From NCBI GenBank assembly GCA_003557385.1, contig PWON01000093.1:4273-68272 (forward strand): a stretch of 64,000 nucleotides of DNA, written 5' to 3'. Shown piece after piece: positions 48,507-57,866 of this stretch (the stretch's first letter is position 1; each line of letters starts with the position of its first letter). This DNA comes from Bacteroidales bacterium (GTDB lineage: Bacteria > Bacteroidota > Bacteroidia > Bacteroidales > UBA7960). The notes beneath the pieces were generated by a model. It did no database searches. It was not told the origin of the DNA and saw nothing but the letters and a program-made list of their open reading frames with translations. Both the position numbers and the translations under genes were made by a program.

Positions 48507-49430
48507 ATGAAAAAAGTATTGGTTGCAACCGAAAAGCCTTTTGCCCCTGCAGCAGTTCAAGGCATCAGGGAAGTGCTTGACAAGGCAGGTTACGAATTGG
48601 TTTTACTGGAAAAACATACCTCACCTGAAGAATGGAAGCAGGCAGCCGCTGATGTGGATGCCATGATCATCCGGAGCGACAAGGCTACAGCCGATATCAT
48701 CGGCGCCGCATCCCGGCTGAAAATCATTGTCAGGGCGGGGGCAGGTTATGACAATATTGATTTGGATGCATGCACCGACAAAGGGGTTGTGGCCATGAAC
48801 ACCCCCGGACAGAATTCCAATGCCGTGGCCGAACTCGCTTTTGGCATGATGCTGTATCATGTAAGAAAAGGGTTTGATGGCACTTCCGGAAGCGAACTTC
48901 GTGGAAAAAAACTTGGCATTCACGCCTATGGCAATGTGGGGAAATATGTGGCTGAGATTGCCAGGGGATTTGGTATGGATCTTTACGCATTTGATCCCTT
49001 CGTAGACAATGCAGTAATTGAACAGGACGGGATCAAACCCCTTGAAACAGAGCAGGAACTTTATAAAATCTGTGATTTTGTTTCCCTGCATATCCCGTCC
49101 AATGAGAAAACGAAAAAATCGATCGGGTATGATCTGCTGTCTGTTATGCCGGCGAAAGGCACCCTGGTCAATACAGCCAGGAAAGAGGTGATTGATGAAG
49201 CGGGCCTGTTGAAAATCATGAACGAGCGTGACGACTTAAATTATTTGTCGGATGTTGCGCCTGACTGCCGTGAAGAGATCGAGGGAAAATATCCCGGACG
49301 TTTTGTGTTTACAGCGAAAAAAATGGGTGCCCAAACTGCGGAAGCAAATATTAATGCGGGAATTGCTGCGGCTACCCAGATTGTCAATTTTCTGGAAAAA
49401 GGCGACAATTCTTTTCAGGTGAATAAGTAG
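48507..49430 (+). CDS. serA: D-3-phosphoglycerate dehydrogenase-type 2-hydroxyacid dehydrogenase (short form, no ACT domain)
   Basis: 307 aa with the NAD-binding loop GIHAYGNVGKYVA. The context is immediately after serC. Confidence 0.8.
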   Translation: MKKVLVATEKPFAPAAVQGIREVLDKAGYELVLLEKHTSPEEWKQAAADVDAMIIRSDKATADIIGAASRLKIIVRAGAGYDNIDLDACTDKGVVAMNTPGQNSNAVAELAFGMMLYHVRKGFDGTSGSELRGKKLGIHAYGNVGKYVAEIARGFGMDLYAFDPFVDNAVIEQDGIKPLETEQELYKICDFVSLHIPSNEKTKKSIGYDLLSVMPAKGTLVNTARKEVIDEAGLLKIMNERDDLNYLSDVAPDCREEIEGKYPGRFVFTAKKMGAQTAEANINAGIAAATQIVNFLEKGDNSFQVNK

Positions 49431-49492
49431 CCGGGAAACTGTTGCCTTTTTCCTGTCAAACAAGTGTGTAATCTGAATAAAAATTTATTAAC

Positions 49493-50737
49493 ATGGCAAT
49501 TTTGAAACCTTTCAGGGGCTACAGGCCTCCTAAAGAAATAGTAAAAGAATTGGCTTCCCGGCCTTATGATGTATTGAATTCGGAAGAAGCGCGCAAGGAA
49601 GCCGGCGACAATCCTTACAGCTTTTTGCGTGTGGTCAAACCTGAGGTTGAACTCCCCGAAGGCATCGATCTCTATTCTCAGCAGGTGTACGACAAGGCCA
49701 GGGAGAATTTTCATGCATTTCTTAACAAGGGATACCTGGCAAGGGATGAAAAGCCCAATTATTATGTTTATGCCCAAAGCTGGGGTAAGAAAACGCAATA
49801 TGGTATCGTTGGTTGTGCGGGCGTGGAGGATTATCTCAACGACATCATCAGGAAGCACGAATTGACCCGACCCGACAAAGAGGAAGACCGTATGAAGCAT
49901 GTTCGCATAACCAATGCCAATGCTGAACCGGTATTTTTTACCTACGCAAAATCTGCGGCCATTGACGCCATTGTTGAACAAGTGGTGCAGGCGCCCCCGG
50001 TATATGATTTTGTTGCCGACGATGGATTTGGACATCATTTCTGGGTGGTCGACTATGATGAAATAATCCGGACACTCGAAAAGCTATTTACCGGGGTCCC
50101 ATACTTTTATGTAGCTGACGGCCATCACAGAACGGCAGCTGCTGCGCTGGTTGGAAAAGAAAAGAAAGAAAACAATCCAGGTCATACCGGCAATGAGCCT
50201 TACAATTATTTTATGGCGGTATTGTTTCCGGACGACCAGCTTACCATCATTGACTACAACCGGGTCGTGAAAGATCTGAATGGTTTGAATAAAGAAGCAT
50301 TTATTGAAAAACTGAGCAGGGCTTTTGAGGTGGAGAAGGTGGGAAAATCGGAATACAAGCCTTCGACACTGCATACCATGGGCATGTACCTGGAAGGTGA
50401 CTGGTATGCCCTGAAAGCTAAACCACACACCTATGATGACCGCGATCCCATCGGCGTGCTGGATGTGACCATTTTATCCAATTGGGTCCTGGAGCCCATC
50501 CTGGGGATCAAGAACCTGCGTACTGACAAGCGTATTGATTTTGTGGGCGGTATCCGGGGTTTGGGAGAACTGAAACGCAGGGTGGACAGCGGTGAAATGC
50601 AGGTGGCTTTTTCCCTCTACCCGGTTACCATGAAACAATTGATGGACATTGCTGATACCGGTAACATCATGCCACCAAAAACCACCTGGTTTGAACCAAA
50701 ATTGCGCAGTGGCCTGGTGGTAAATGCGCTTGAATAG
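49493..50737 (+). CDS. DUF1015 family protein
   Basis: 414 aa with an MAILKPFRGYRP start and ADGHHR motif characteristic of DUF1015 as I recall it. It follows serC-serA. Confidence 0.75.
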   Translation: MAILKPFRGYRPPKEIVKELASRPYDVLNSEEARKEAGDNPYSFLRVVKPEVELPEGIDLYSQQVYDKARENFHAFLNKGYLARDEKPNYYVYAQSWGKKTQYGIVGCAGVEDYLNDIIRKHELTRPDKEEDRMKHVRITNANAEPVFFTYAKSAAIDAIVEQVVQAPPVYDFVADDGFGHHFWVVDYDEIIRTLEKLFTGVPYFYVADGHHRTAAAALVGKEKKENNPGHTGNEPYNYFMAVLFPDDQLTIIDYNRVVKDLNGLNKEAFIEKLSRAFEVEKVGKSEYKPSTLHTMGMYLEGDWYALKAKPHTYDDRDPIGVLDVTILSNWVLEPILGIKNLRTDKRIDFVGGIRGLGELKRRVDSGEMQVAFSLYPVTMKQLMDIADTGNIMPPKTTWFEPKLRSGLVVNALE

Positions 50738-50776
50738 AACTTTTTGGCAAACACTTTGTTATTAAAAAATTATTGC

Positions 50777-50784
50777 TAATTTTG
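50777..50784 (+). promoter_or_regulatory. -7 box TAATTTTG (with TTTG at 50755-50758 as a possible -33) for rpmE2
   Basis: TAnnTTTG match 43 nt upstream of the ATG. It is embedded in CTAATTTTGCAGTCC, nearly identical to the rpsA upstream motif. Confidence 0.55.
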
Positions 50785-50826
50785 CAGTCCTGAAAAAAAC
50801 GGTATTCAATTAAAACCAATATACTG

Positions 50827-51090
50827 ATGAGGAAAGACATCCACCCCGAAAATTATCGTTATGTTGTCTTCAAGGACATGTCGAACGATTACAGTTTTAT
50901 CACCAGGTCAACGGCTACCAGCAAGGAAACCATTAAATGGGAAGATGGAAAGGAATACCCATTGGTGAAACTTGAGATTTCCCATACTTCCCATCCGTTT
51001 TATACCGGGAAACAGCAGCTTGTGGATACTGCCGGCCGTGTGGATAAATTCAGGACCAAATACCAAAAGCATCTGAAGAAAGACAAATAA
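50827..51090 (+). CDS. rpmE2: 50S ribosomal protein L31, type B (no zinc-binding CxxC)
   Basis: 87 aa, [29 protein letters not shown]...HPFYTGK. Confidence 0.95.
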   Translation: MRKDIHPENYRYVVFKDMSNDYSFITRSTATSKETIKWEDGKEYPLVKLEISHTSHPFYTGKQQLVDTAGRVDKFRTKYQKHLKKDK

Positions 51091-51119
51091 TTGGTGTTTG
51101 TTTGTAAAAAATCAAAAAA

Positions 51120-51145
51120 AGCCCTCCGATGAGGGCTTTTTTATT
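51120..51145 (+). terminator. Intrinsic terminator of rpmE2
   Basis: AGCCCTC cgat GAGGGCT stem-loop followed by TTTTTATTT. Confidence 0.85.
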
Positions 51146-51185
51146 TATATTTATGCTGTTCAACCAGCCTATAAATCACACAACA

Positions 51186-52376
51186 ATGAATTATATCTTA
51201 TTTGGTGGCCAGTCGCGGGATCATTTACTCCCGTTTACATTTCTTCGCCCGATTGCAGACATACGTGTGGGGATTATGACCATCAGGGAAAAGTGGGAAA
51301 CCCGCCTGAGGAAAAAAACATCCAGCCTGACCGAACCTTACCTGGCTGAAAAGTATCCAATGATCAAGGAATATGACAATATCCTGGTCAATGGCAGCAT
51401 TATACCTGATGATACCTTGTTAAAAGAGATCGGGCGACTGCAACCCAATCAGACCCTGATATCTGATGATATACTTATTGCACACCGGGTAAAGGCGGAA
51501 GACATTGAAAACCTGGACCATGATTTGCTTGAAGATGTGGAACCCCTTCAAACACAGAGCACAATCAGGAAATTAAACCACTTGTGGGATATTGTGGTAT
51601 TGAATGAAAAACAAATCATTGAAGACTTTCATTTAATCACCATGCGGAGAAAAAGTCAACCGTTGCCCGGACATGTCAGGGTTATTGCCCCGGAATCTGT
51701 TTTTGTTGAGGCTGGTGCCAGGATTGACCTGGCCGTTGTAAATGCCTCTGAAGGACCTGTGTATATAGGAAAGAACGCCCACATCATGGATGGTGCAGTA
51801 TTAAAGGGCCCGGTGGGTATCGGGGAAGGAAGCATTGTGCGTATGGGAGCCAAAATCTATGGTGGTTCCTCAGCAGGGCCTTACTGCAAGGTGGGCGGGG
51901 AGATGCAATCGTCGGTGATTTTTGGTTATTCAAACAAAGCACACGATGGATTCCTCGGGCACAGCGTTATTGGGGAGTGGTGCAATTTGGGTGCAGACAC
52001 CAACACCAGCAACCTGAAGATCAATTACGATGAGGTGAGGTTATGGAATTATGCGGAGAAAAGTTTCGTCGGTACCGGCCTGATATTTTGCGGGACATTC
52101 ATGGGAGATCACTCCAAATGCGGAATCAATACGATGTTTAATACAGGGACTGTAGTCGGGGTCAATGCCCAGGTGTTTGGTGCAGGTTTTATGCGCAATT
52201 TCATCCCTTCATTCTCATGGGGCAGTACGGCCGGGTTCAGTACGGTTGACCTTGACAAGGCCATGGTCCTTGCAAAAAGGGTACACGAAAGACGAAACCT
52301 GGAGTTTGCCAAAGCCGATGAGGATATTCTCCGACATATATTTGAATACACCGTGGGTTATCGAAAGATAATATAA
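51186..52376 (+). CDS. GlmU-like putative sugar nucleotidyltransferase with left-handed beta-helix C-terminal domain
   Basis: About 396 aa from MNYILFGGQSRDHLLPFTFLRP, with hexapeptide-repeat-like segments (IGKNAHIMDGAVLKGPVGIGEGSIV). The longer ORF start at 51129 lies inside the rpmE2 terminator hairpin. Confidence 0.7.
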   Translation: MNYILFGGQSRDHLLPFTFLRPIADIRVGIMTIREKWETRLRKKTSSLTEPYLAEKYPMIKEYDNILVNGSIIPDDTLLKEIGRLQPNQTLISDDILIAHRVKAEDIENLDHDLLEDVEPLQTQSTIRKLNHLWDIVVLNEKQIIEDFHLITMRRKSQPLPGHVRVIAPESVFVEAGARIDLAVVNASEGPVYIGKNAHIMDGAVLKGPVGIGEGSIVRMGAKIYGGSSAGPYCKVGGEMQSSVIFGYSNKAHDGFLGHSVIGEWCNLGADTNTSNLKINYDEVRLWNYAEKSFVGTGLIFCGTFMGDHSKCGINTMFNTGTVVGVNAQVFGAGFMRNFIPSFSWGSTAGFSTVDLDKAMVLAKRVHERRNLEFAKADEDILRHIFEYTVGYRKII

Positions 52377-52638
52377 GGAGGCTTTGGTGTGGCAATATAC
52401 ATCCAGGTGCTTTGCCTTTGTGTAAAGTACCTTTTTTTGCTGACAGGGCATACGTGGCACGTTGGTTGCGGTAGATTGTAAGGCAGTGTTTGCGGATGCA
52501 TACTCATGAATCCTTTTGGGATGCGGACAATTGAAAACAAGGGATTTGAGCACAATGGCCTGTGCTGAGCAGGATGGCATGAACGGGACATTTTGGCCAG
52601 TTTCTTTATTAAAATGACATTTTGACGCAATAAACCGT

Positions 52639-55095
52639 ATGGGCAATTTATTTGACAGGGATTTTTTTATTTCACGGGATGGGGTGGATGCCGACAGTGA
52701 ATTTATACCTCTTTTATCCACTGAGGAAGAACAGCAGATGGCCATGGAGGATATTCCGGAAGAGCTGGCCATACTTCCATTAAAAAACACCGTATTGTTT
52801 CCCGGGGTGGTGATTCCCATCACGGTTAACCGTGATAAATCGATTAAGCTGGTGCGTGAGGTATACAAAAAAACACGCATTATCGGAGTGGTTTCGCAAA
52901 AAGACCCTGCTGAGGAAGATCCGGATTTTGATGAATTGAGCCGTATTGGTACCGTAGCCAATATCATCAAGATCCTGCAGATGCCTGATGGCAATACCAC
53001 TGTAATAATTCAGGGAAAAAAACGATTTGAGCTGCTTGAAATGACCCGGGCAGAACCATATTTTATGGCGAGGGTAAAAACATTTGAATCAGCCGACAAA
53101 CCAAAACACAACAATAAATTCAATGCGTTGATTTCCACGATCAAAGACATGGCCATCCAGATCGTGAAGCTTTCTCCGAATGTGCCCAGCGAAGCCGCTT
53201 TTGCCCTGAAAAATATTGAAAGTCCTGTTTTCCTGGTCAATTTTATTTCCTCAAATCTCAACATTGAGGTACAGGAAAAGCAAAAACTGCTCGAAATTCC
53301 GGATGTGCTCACCCGTGCCAACGTGGTACTGGAACACCTTAAGCGTGAGTTGCAGGTGGTGGAGCTAAAAAACCAGATCCATTCAAAAGTCAAGGTAGAT
53401 ATTGATAAACAGCAGCGTGATTACCTATTGGGTCAACAACTGAAGACCATACAGGAAGAGTTGGGCGGCAACCCGCAGGAACAGCAGATCAATAACCTGA
53501 AAATAAAGGCAAAGAAGAAAAAATGGAGCCAGCATGTGGGGGAAGTGTTTGAAAAAGAGCTTGCCCGGTTGCAGCGTATGAACCCAGCTGCCATGGAATA
53601 TACAGTTCACATGCATTACCTGGAGACCTTGGTTGAGCTCCCGTGGAACGAATTTACCCCGGATAATTTTGACCTCAAAAAGGCACAGCGTATTCTGGAC
53701 AGGGATCATTACGGGTTGGAAAAAATAAAAGAACGCATCATTGAATACCTGGCTGTATTGAAACTTAAAGGTGATATGAAATCGCCCATCCTGTGTTTTG
53801 TTGGCCCTCCCGGTGTTGGTAAAACCTCGTTGGGCAAATCCATTGCCCATGCCATAGGGCGCAAATATATCCGCATGTCACTGGGAGGCCTCCGGGATGA
53901 AGCAGAAATCCGCGGACACCGGAAAACCTATGTGGGTGCTATGCCCGGACGCATCATTCAGAACCTGAAAAAAGCCGGATCTTCAAACCCGGTGTATGTG
54001 CTTGACGAAGTGGATAAGGTGGGTTACAAAACCTTCAGTGGCGATCCGTCTTCGGCTTTGCTTGAGGTACTGGACCCGGAACAGAACAATACGTTCTATG
54101 ACAACTATCTGGAGGTGGAATACGATTTGTCGAACATCATGTTCATTGCCACTGCCAATACCCTGGCCGGTATACAACCTGCCCTGCACGACCGCATGGA
54201 GGTAATTGACCTGAGCGGATATATTGTTGAGGAGAAACAGGAAATTGCACGGAGGCATTTGATCCCAAAACAGCTGCAGGCACATGGTGTGAAAAAAGAT
54301 CAGCTGAGATTCAGCAAGAAGGTGCTTGAAAAAATAATACAGGACTATACCCGTGAATCGGGCGTTCGCAGCCTGGAAAAAACCATAGCCAAAATCACAA
54401 GATCAAGGGCCCGCGATATTGTCCTTGGCCATGATGTTGACCCTGGGCTCAAGGTGCAAGACCTGAAGCAGATCCTTGGGGCACCAACCTATACCCGTGA
54501 CCAAACTGTATTGAAAAACGTGGCCGGTGTAATGACCGGACTTGCCTGGACTTATTCGGGAGGAGAGGTGTTGTTTGTTGAAGTGAGCCTGAGCAAGGGC
54601 AAAGGCAACCTCAGCCTGACCGGTAACCTTGGGGATGTGATGAAAGAATCGGCCACACTGGCATATGAGTACCTTAAATCGCATGCAAACCACCTGGATA
54701 TTGATCCGGAAGTATTTCAAAACTACAATGTGCACATGCATATTCCGGAAGGGGCTACGCCAAAAGATGGTCCTTCAGCCGGCATTACCATGTTTGCTGC
54801 CCTGGCTTCGGCCTTTACACAACGGAAAATATGTCCGGGAGTTGCCATGACCGGTGAAATTACCCTACGGGGCAAAGTATTGCCGGTTGGGGGCATCAAG
54901 GAAAAAATTCTGGCAGCCAAACGTGCCGGCATACACAAGATAATCCTCTCGGAAGAGAATAAAAAGAATGTGGAAGAAATCAACCAGATATATCTTAAAG
55001 GTGTGGAATTTGAATACATCACAGATATGATTGAGGTGGTTGACCTTAGCATGCTCAAGGAAAAAATAAGCCCTCCGATGGTTTTTGAGACCTGA
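52639..55095 (+). CDS. lon: Lon protease (endopeptidase La)
   Basis: 818 aa with a LON N-domain, Walker A GPPGVGKTSLG and the catalytic Ser context PKDGPSAGITM. Confidence 0.95.
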   Translation: MGNLFDRDFFISRDGVDADSEFIPLLSTEEEQQMAMEDIPEELAILPLKNTVLFPGVVIPITVNRDKSIKLVREVYKKTRIIGVVSQKDPAEEDPDFDELSRIGTVANIIKILQMPDGNTTVIIQGKKRFELLEMTRAEPYFMARVKTFESADKPKHNNKFNALISTIKDMAIQIVKLSPNVPSEAAFALKNIESPVFLVNFISSNLNIEVQEKQKLLEIPDVLTRANVVLEHLKRELQVVELKNQIHSKVKVDIDKQQRDYLLGQQLKTIQEELGGNPQEQQINNLKIKAKKKKWSQHVGEVFEKELARLQRMNPAAMEYTVHMHYLETLVELPWNEFTPDNFDLKKAQRILDRDHYGLEKIKERIIEYLAVLKLKGDMKSPILCFVGPPGVGKTSLGKSIAHAIGRKYIRMSLGGLRDEAEIRGHRKTYVGAMPGRIIQNLKKAGSSNPVYVLDEVDKVGYKTFSGDPSSALLEVLDPEQNNTFYDNYLEVEYDLSNIMFIATANTLAGIQPALHDRMEVIDLSGYIVEEKQEIARRHLIPKQLQAHGVKKDQLRFSKKVLEKIIQDYTRESGVRSLEKTIAKITRSRARDIVLGHDVDPGLKVQDLKQILGAPTYTRDQTVLKNVAGVMTGLAWTYSGGEVLFVEVSLSKGKGNLSLTGNLGDVMKESATLAYEYLKSHANHLDIDPEVFQNYNVHMHIPEGATPKDGPSAGITMFAALASAFTQRKICPGVAMTGEITLRGKVLPVGGIKEKILAAKRAGIHKIILSEENKKNVEEINQIYLKGVEFEYITDMIEVVDLSMLKEKISPPMVFET

Positions 55096-55141
55096 CAGCA
55101 TTAAATGCTGATTTGTAGTTTTTTGTTTCCGGATTTTTTTC

Positions 55142-55149
55142 TACTTTTG
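55142..55149 (+). promoter_or_regulatory. -7 box TACTTTTG for rpsA
   Basis: TAnnTTTG match within CTACTTTTGCAGTCC, 109 nt upstream of the ATG at 55258. The leader contains small hairpins (CCCGtttgCGGG). Confidence 0.5.
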
Positions 55150-55257
55150 CAGTCCCGTTTGCGGGCCCGTAATTTTATTGTTTAACCCGGCTTCCCTGTA
55201 AGGCTGAAGTATAAACCGCGGTGTATACCCGGGAGCCACAGTAGAAATGAATACTTA

Positions 55258-57801
55258 ATGTCAGAAGAACAAAAATCGTCCGGTACGCCGGAAGAAAAAC
55301 CAGCTGAAAAAAGCAAAGAGCAATCCGAAGATCCGAAAGCTGCTGAAAAAACTGAACAACCTGTGGATGATAATGTTGTTGAAGAAATCAAAGCAGCAGA
55401 CGATCCCAAAGTGGTTACAAAAACTGAACAAGCCGAAGGTCCAAAAGCCGATACGGAAGAACTGAGGATTGAAGATCCCCAGAAGCCCATTGGCAGTGAA
55501 GACATGCCGGAAGAACCAAAGGCAGCATCTGCTTTCCCGGAACAGGTTCCCGGTGAATTTGACTGGGACGCTGTAGACAAAAAACAGGAGCTATACTCTG
55601 AATCCGAACGCAAACGCATGGAAGGGTTATACGAGGAAACCCTGAAGTCTATCGGAGAAGGCGAAGTCATTGATGGAACGGTTGTCTCGTTAAATACCCG
55701 TGAGATTGTTGTAAATATTGGTTTTAAGTCGGATGGCGTAATCCCCGCAGCAGAACTGCGGTACAATCCTGACCTGAAAATTGGTGACACCATTGAAGTA
55801 TATGTGGAAAGCCAGGAAGACAGTACGGGACAATTGGTTCTTTCCCATAAAAAAGCCCGCACTTTGCGTTCATGGGAGCGCATTAACCAGGCAAGAGATA
55901 ACGATGAGATCATCCAGGGCTTCGTCAAATGCCGCACAAAAGGTGGTTTGATCGTGGATGTATTTGGCATTGAGGCTTTTTTGCCGGGTTCCCAGATCGA
56001 TGTCAAGCCCATTCGTGATTATGATATCTACGTTGGCAAAACAATGGACTTTAAGGTGGTGAAGATCAATCATGAGTACAAGAATGTGGTTGTGTCACAC
56101 AAAGCCCTGATAGAGGCAGAGCTGGAGATCCAGAAGGCTGAGATCATTGCCAAACTGGAGAAAGGGCAGATTCTTGAAGGTACCGTCAAAAACATCACTT
56201 CTTACGGGGTATTTATTGACCTGGGAGGTGTTGACGGGCTGGTCCATATCACAGATCTTTCCTGGGGCCGGATTAACCACCCGGAAGAAATTGTAAAGCT
56301 TGACGAAAAAATCAATGTAGTGATTCTCGACTTTGATGAGAACAAAAAACGGATAGCCCTTGGTCTTAAACAACTGACCCCGCATCCATGGGATTCGCTT
56401 GATCCTGAACTCAAGGTGGGTGATAAGGTAAAAGGAAAAGTGGTTGTGATTGCAGATTATGGTGCATTCATAGAAATTGCATCTGGTGTTGAAGGCCTGA
56501 TACATGTTTCTGAAATGTCATGGTCGCAGCATCTGCGGACAGCACAGGATTTTCTTAAGGTCGGCGACGAAGTGGAAGCAGTGATCCTTACGCTGGACCG
56601 TGAAGCAAGAAAGATGTCGCTGGGTATTAAACAACTGATTCCGGATCCATGGGCAAACATCCACGAAAAGTACGCGGTGGGTTCAAAAACCACGGCCACC
56701 GTCCGCAACTTTACCAATTTTGGAATTTTTGTCGAGTTGGAAGAGGGGGTAGATGGTTTGATCCATATCAGTGACCTGTCTTGGAGTAAAAAAATCAAAC
56801 ATCCCGCTGAATTTACGAAGATTGGTGAAAGTATTGAGGTGGTTGTGCTCGATGTCGACAAGGAGAATCGCCGCCTGAGTCTTGGCCACAAACAATTGGA
56901 AGAAAATCCATGGGATGTATTTGAATCTGTGTTCACCATTGATTCGGTTCACCAGGGAACCATTGTAGGTACTTCCGATAAAGGTGTAATCGTAGCTCTG
57001 CCTTATGGCGTGGAAGGATTTGCCCCAACCAGGCATATAGTGAAAGAAGATGGCAGTACCGCCAAGATGGATGACACCCTTGAATTCAAAGTGATTGAAT
57101 TCAATAAAGAAAGCAAAAAAATTGTGGTCTCACACACCAAGGTGTACCAGGATGAAAAATTTGCCGAAAGGACATCCGATTCAGCAGACAGGAAGTCCAG
57201 GGACAAAGCCACCAAGAAAGCGGTGAAGAAAGTTAAGGAAAAACTGGAAAAAACAACCCTGGGCGACCTGGATGTGCTGGCCAATTTAAAATCTGAGATC
57301 GAAAAATCTGAGAAAACCGCACGTACAGCCAAGAAAGAAGAAGCCATTCAAAAGCTGGAGGCCAAGGCGGCTAAAGAGAAACTTTCTGAAGAACCGAAAA
57401 AAGAAGCAGTAAAACCTGAGGAAAAACCCGCAGAAAAGCCGAAAGAAGAGAAGAAGAAACCTGCGGCAAAACCCGCAGAAAAGCCGAAAGAAGAGAAGGA
57501 GAAACCTGCGGCAAAATTAAAAGAGGACAAAGAAAAAGCTGCTCAGAAGCCGAAGGAGGAAAAGGAAAAAACAGAGAAAAAGCCTAAGGAGGAGCCGAAG
57601 GAGGAAAAGGAAAAACCTGCGGATAAGCCAAAGGAAAAAAACGTCGCGGAAAAGGAAGATGAAGCGGAAAAGGAAGATGAAGCGGAAAAGGAGGAAAAAT
57701 CTGCGGCCAGGGAACAAAAAAAGAAAGACCAGGCAAAAGGGGACGACAAGAAGGAAGCGAAAGCCGGAAAAGATGCTCCCGAAGACAAAGAAGAAAAATA
57801 G
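55258..57801 (+). CDS. rpsA: 30S ribosomal protein S1 with acidic N-terminal extension and long K/E/P/A-rich C-terminal tail
   Basis: 847 aa. Six S1 (OB) repeats are recognisable (for example GTVVSLNTREIVVNIGFKSDGVIP, GTVKNITSYGVFIDLGGVDGLVHITDLS). They are flanked by about 95 extra N-terminal and about 155 extra C-terminal low-complexity residues. Confidence 0.9.
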   Translation: MSEEQKSSGTPEEKPAEKSKEQSEDPKAAEKTEQPVDDNVVEEIKAADDPKVVTKTEQAEGPKADTEELRIEDPQKPIGSEDMPEEPKAASAFPEQVPGEFDWDAVDKKQELYSESERKRMEGLYEETLKSIGEGEVIDGTVVSLNTREIVVNIGFKSDGVIPAAELRYNPDLKIGDTIEVYVESQEDSTGQLVLSHKKARTLRSWERINQARDNDEIIQGFVKCRTKGGLIVDVFGIEAFLPGSQIDVKPIRDYDIYVGKTMDFKVVKINHEYKNVVVSHKALIEAELEIQKAEIIAKLEKGQILEGTVKNITSYGVFIDLGGVDGLVHITDLSWGRINHPEEIVKLDEKINVVILDFDENKKRIALGLKQLTPHPWDSLDPELKVGDKVKGKVVVIADYGAFIEIASGVEGLIHVSEMSWSQHLRTAQDFLKVGDEVEAVILTLDREARKMSLGIKQLIPDPWANIHEKYAVGSKTTATVRNFTNFGIFVELEEGVDGLIHISDLSWSKKIKHPAEFTKIGESIEVVVLDVDKENRRLSLGHKQLEENPWDVFESVFTIDSVHQGTIVGTSDKGVIVALPYGVEGFAPTRHIVKEDGSTAKMDDTLEFKVIEFNKESKKIVVSHTKVYQDEKFAERTSDSADRKSRDKATKKAVKKVKEKLEKTTLGDLDVLANLKSEIEKSEKTARTAKKEEAIQKLEAKAAKEKLSEEPKKEAVKPEEKPAEKPKEEKKKPAAKPAEKPKEEKEKPAAKLKEDKEKAAQKPKEEKEKTEKKPKEEPKEEKEKPADKPKEKNVAEKEDEAEKEDEAEKEEKSAAREQKKKDQAKGDDKKEAKAGKDAPEDKEEK
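57424..57513 (+). repeat. In-frame tandem duplication, 2 x 45 nt (KPAEKPKEEK[K/E]KPAA)
   Basis: 57424-57468 and 57469-57513 differ at a single nucleotide (AAG vs GAG). Confidence 0.85.
57646..57699 (+). repeat. In-frame tandem 18-nt repeat (AEKEDE x2 plus a degenerate third copy)
   Basis: GCGGAAAAGGAAGATGAA occurs at 57646-57663 and 57664-57681, then GCGGAAAAGGAGGAAAAA follows. Confidence 0.8.
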
Positions 57802-57819
57802 TTTTTTAGAAATACCTCC

Positions 57820-57866
57820 ATACAGGGGCCATCTCGGACATATGAGACGGCCCCTGTATTTTTTAT
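57820..57866. terminator. Strong intrinsic terminator after rpsA, abutting the convergent gene stop
   Basis: 11-bp stem ATACAGGGGCC (57820-57830) / GGCCCCTGTAT (57849-57859) with inner TCTC/GAGA pairing, followed by TTTTTTAT. Confidence 0.85.

Noticed and set aside
52377-52638. 262-nt spacer before lon examined for an sRNA, riboswitch or leader peptide (20-codon ORF MNPFGMRTIENKGFEHNGLC).
   Set aside because: I could see no convincing conserved structure, terminator or promoter box by eye. This would need covariance-model searches.
52215-53000. 261-aa minus-strand ORF spanning the GlmU-like 3' end, the 262-nt spacer and the lon 5' end.
   Set aside because: Its Ser/Thr-rich translation has no motifs and it overlaps two confident plus-strand genes. 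It is most likely an antisense artefact.
57340-57800. Repetitive DNA in the rpsA tail considered as a CRISPR-like or mobile repeat.
   Set aside because: The repeats are in-frame, contiguous without spacers, and encode K/E/P/A low-complexity protein. This is not a CRISPR array or a MITE.
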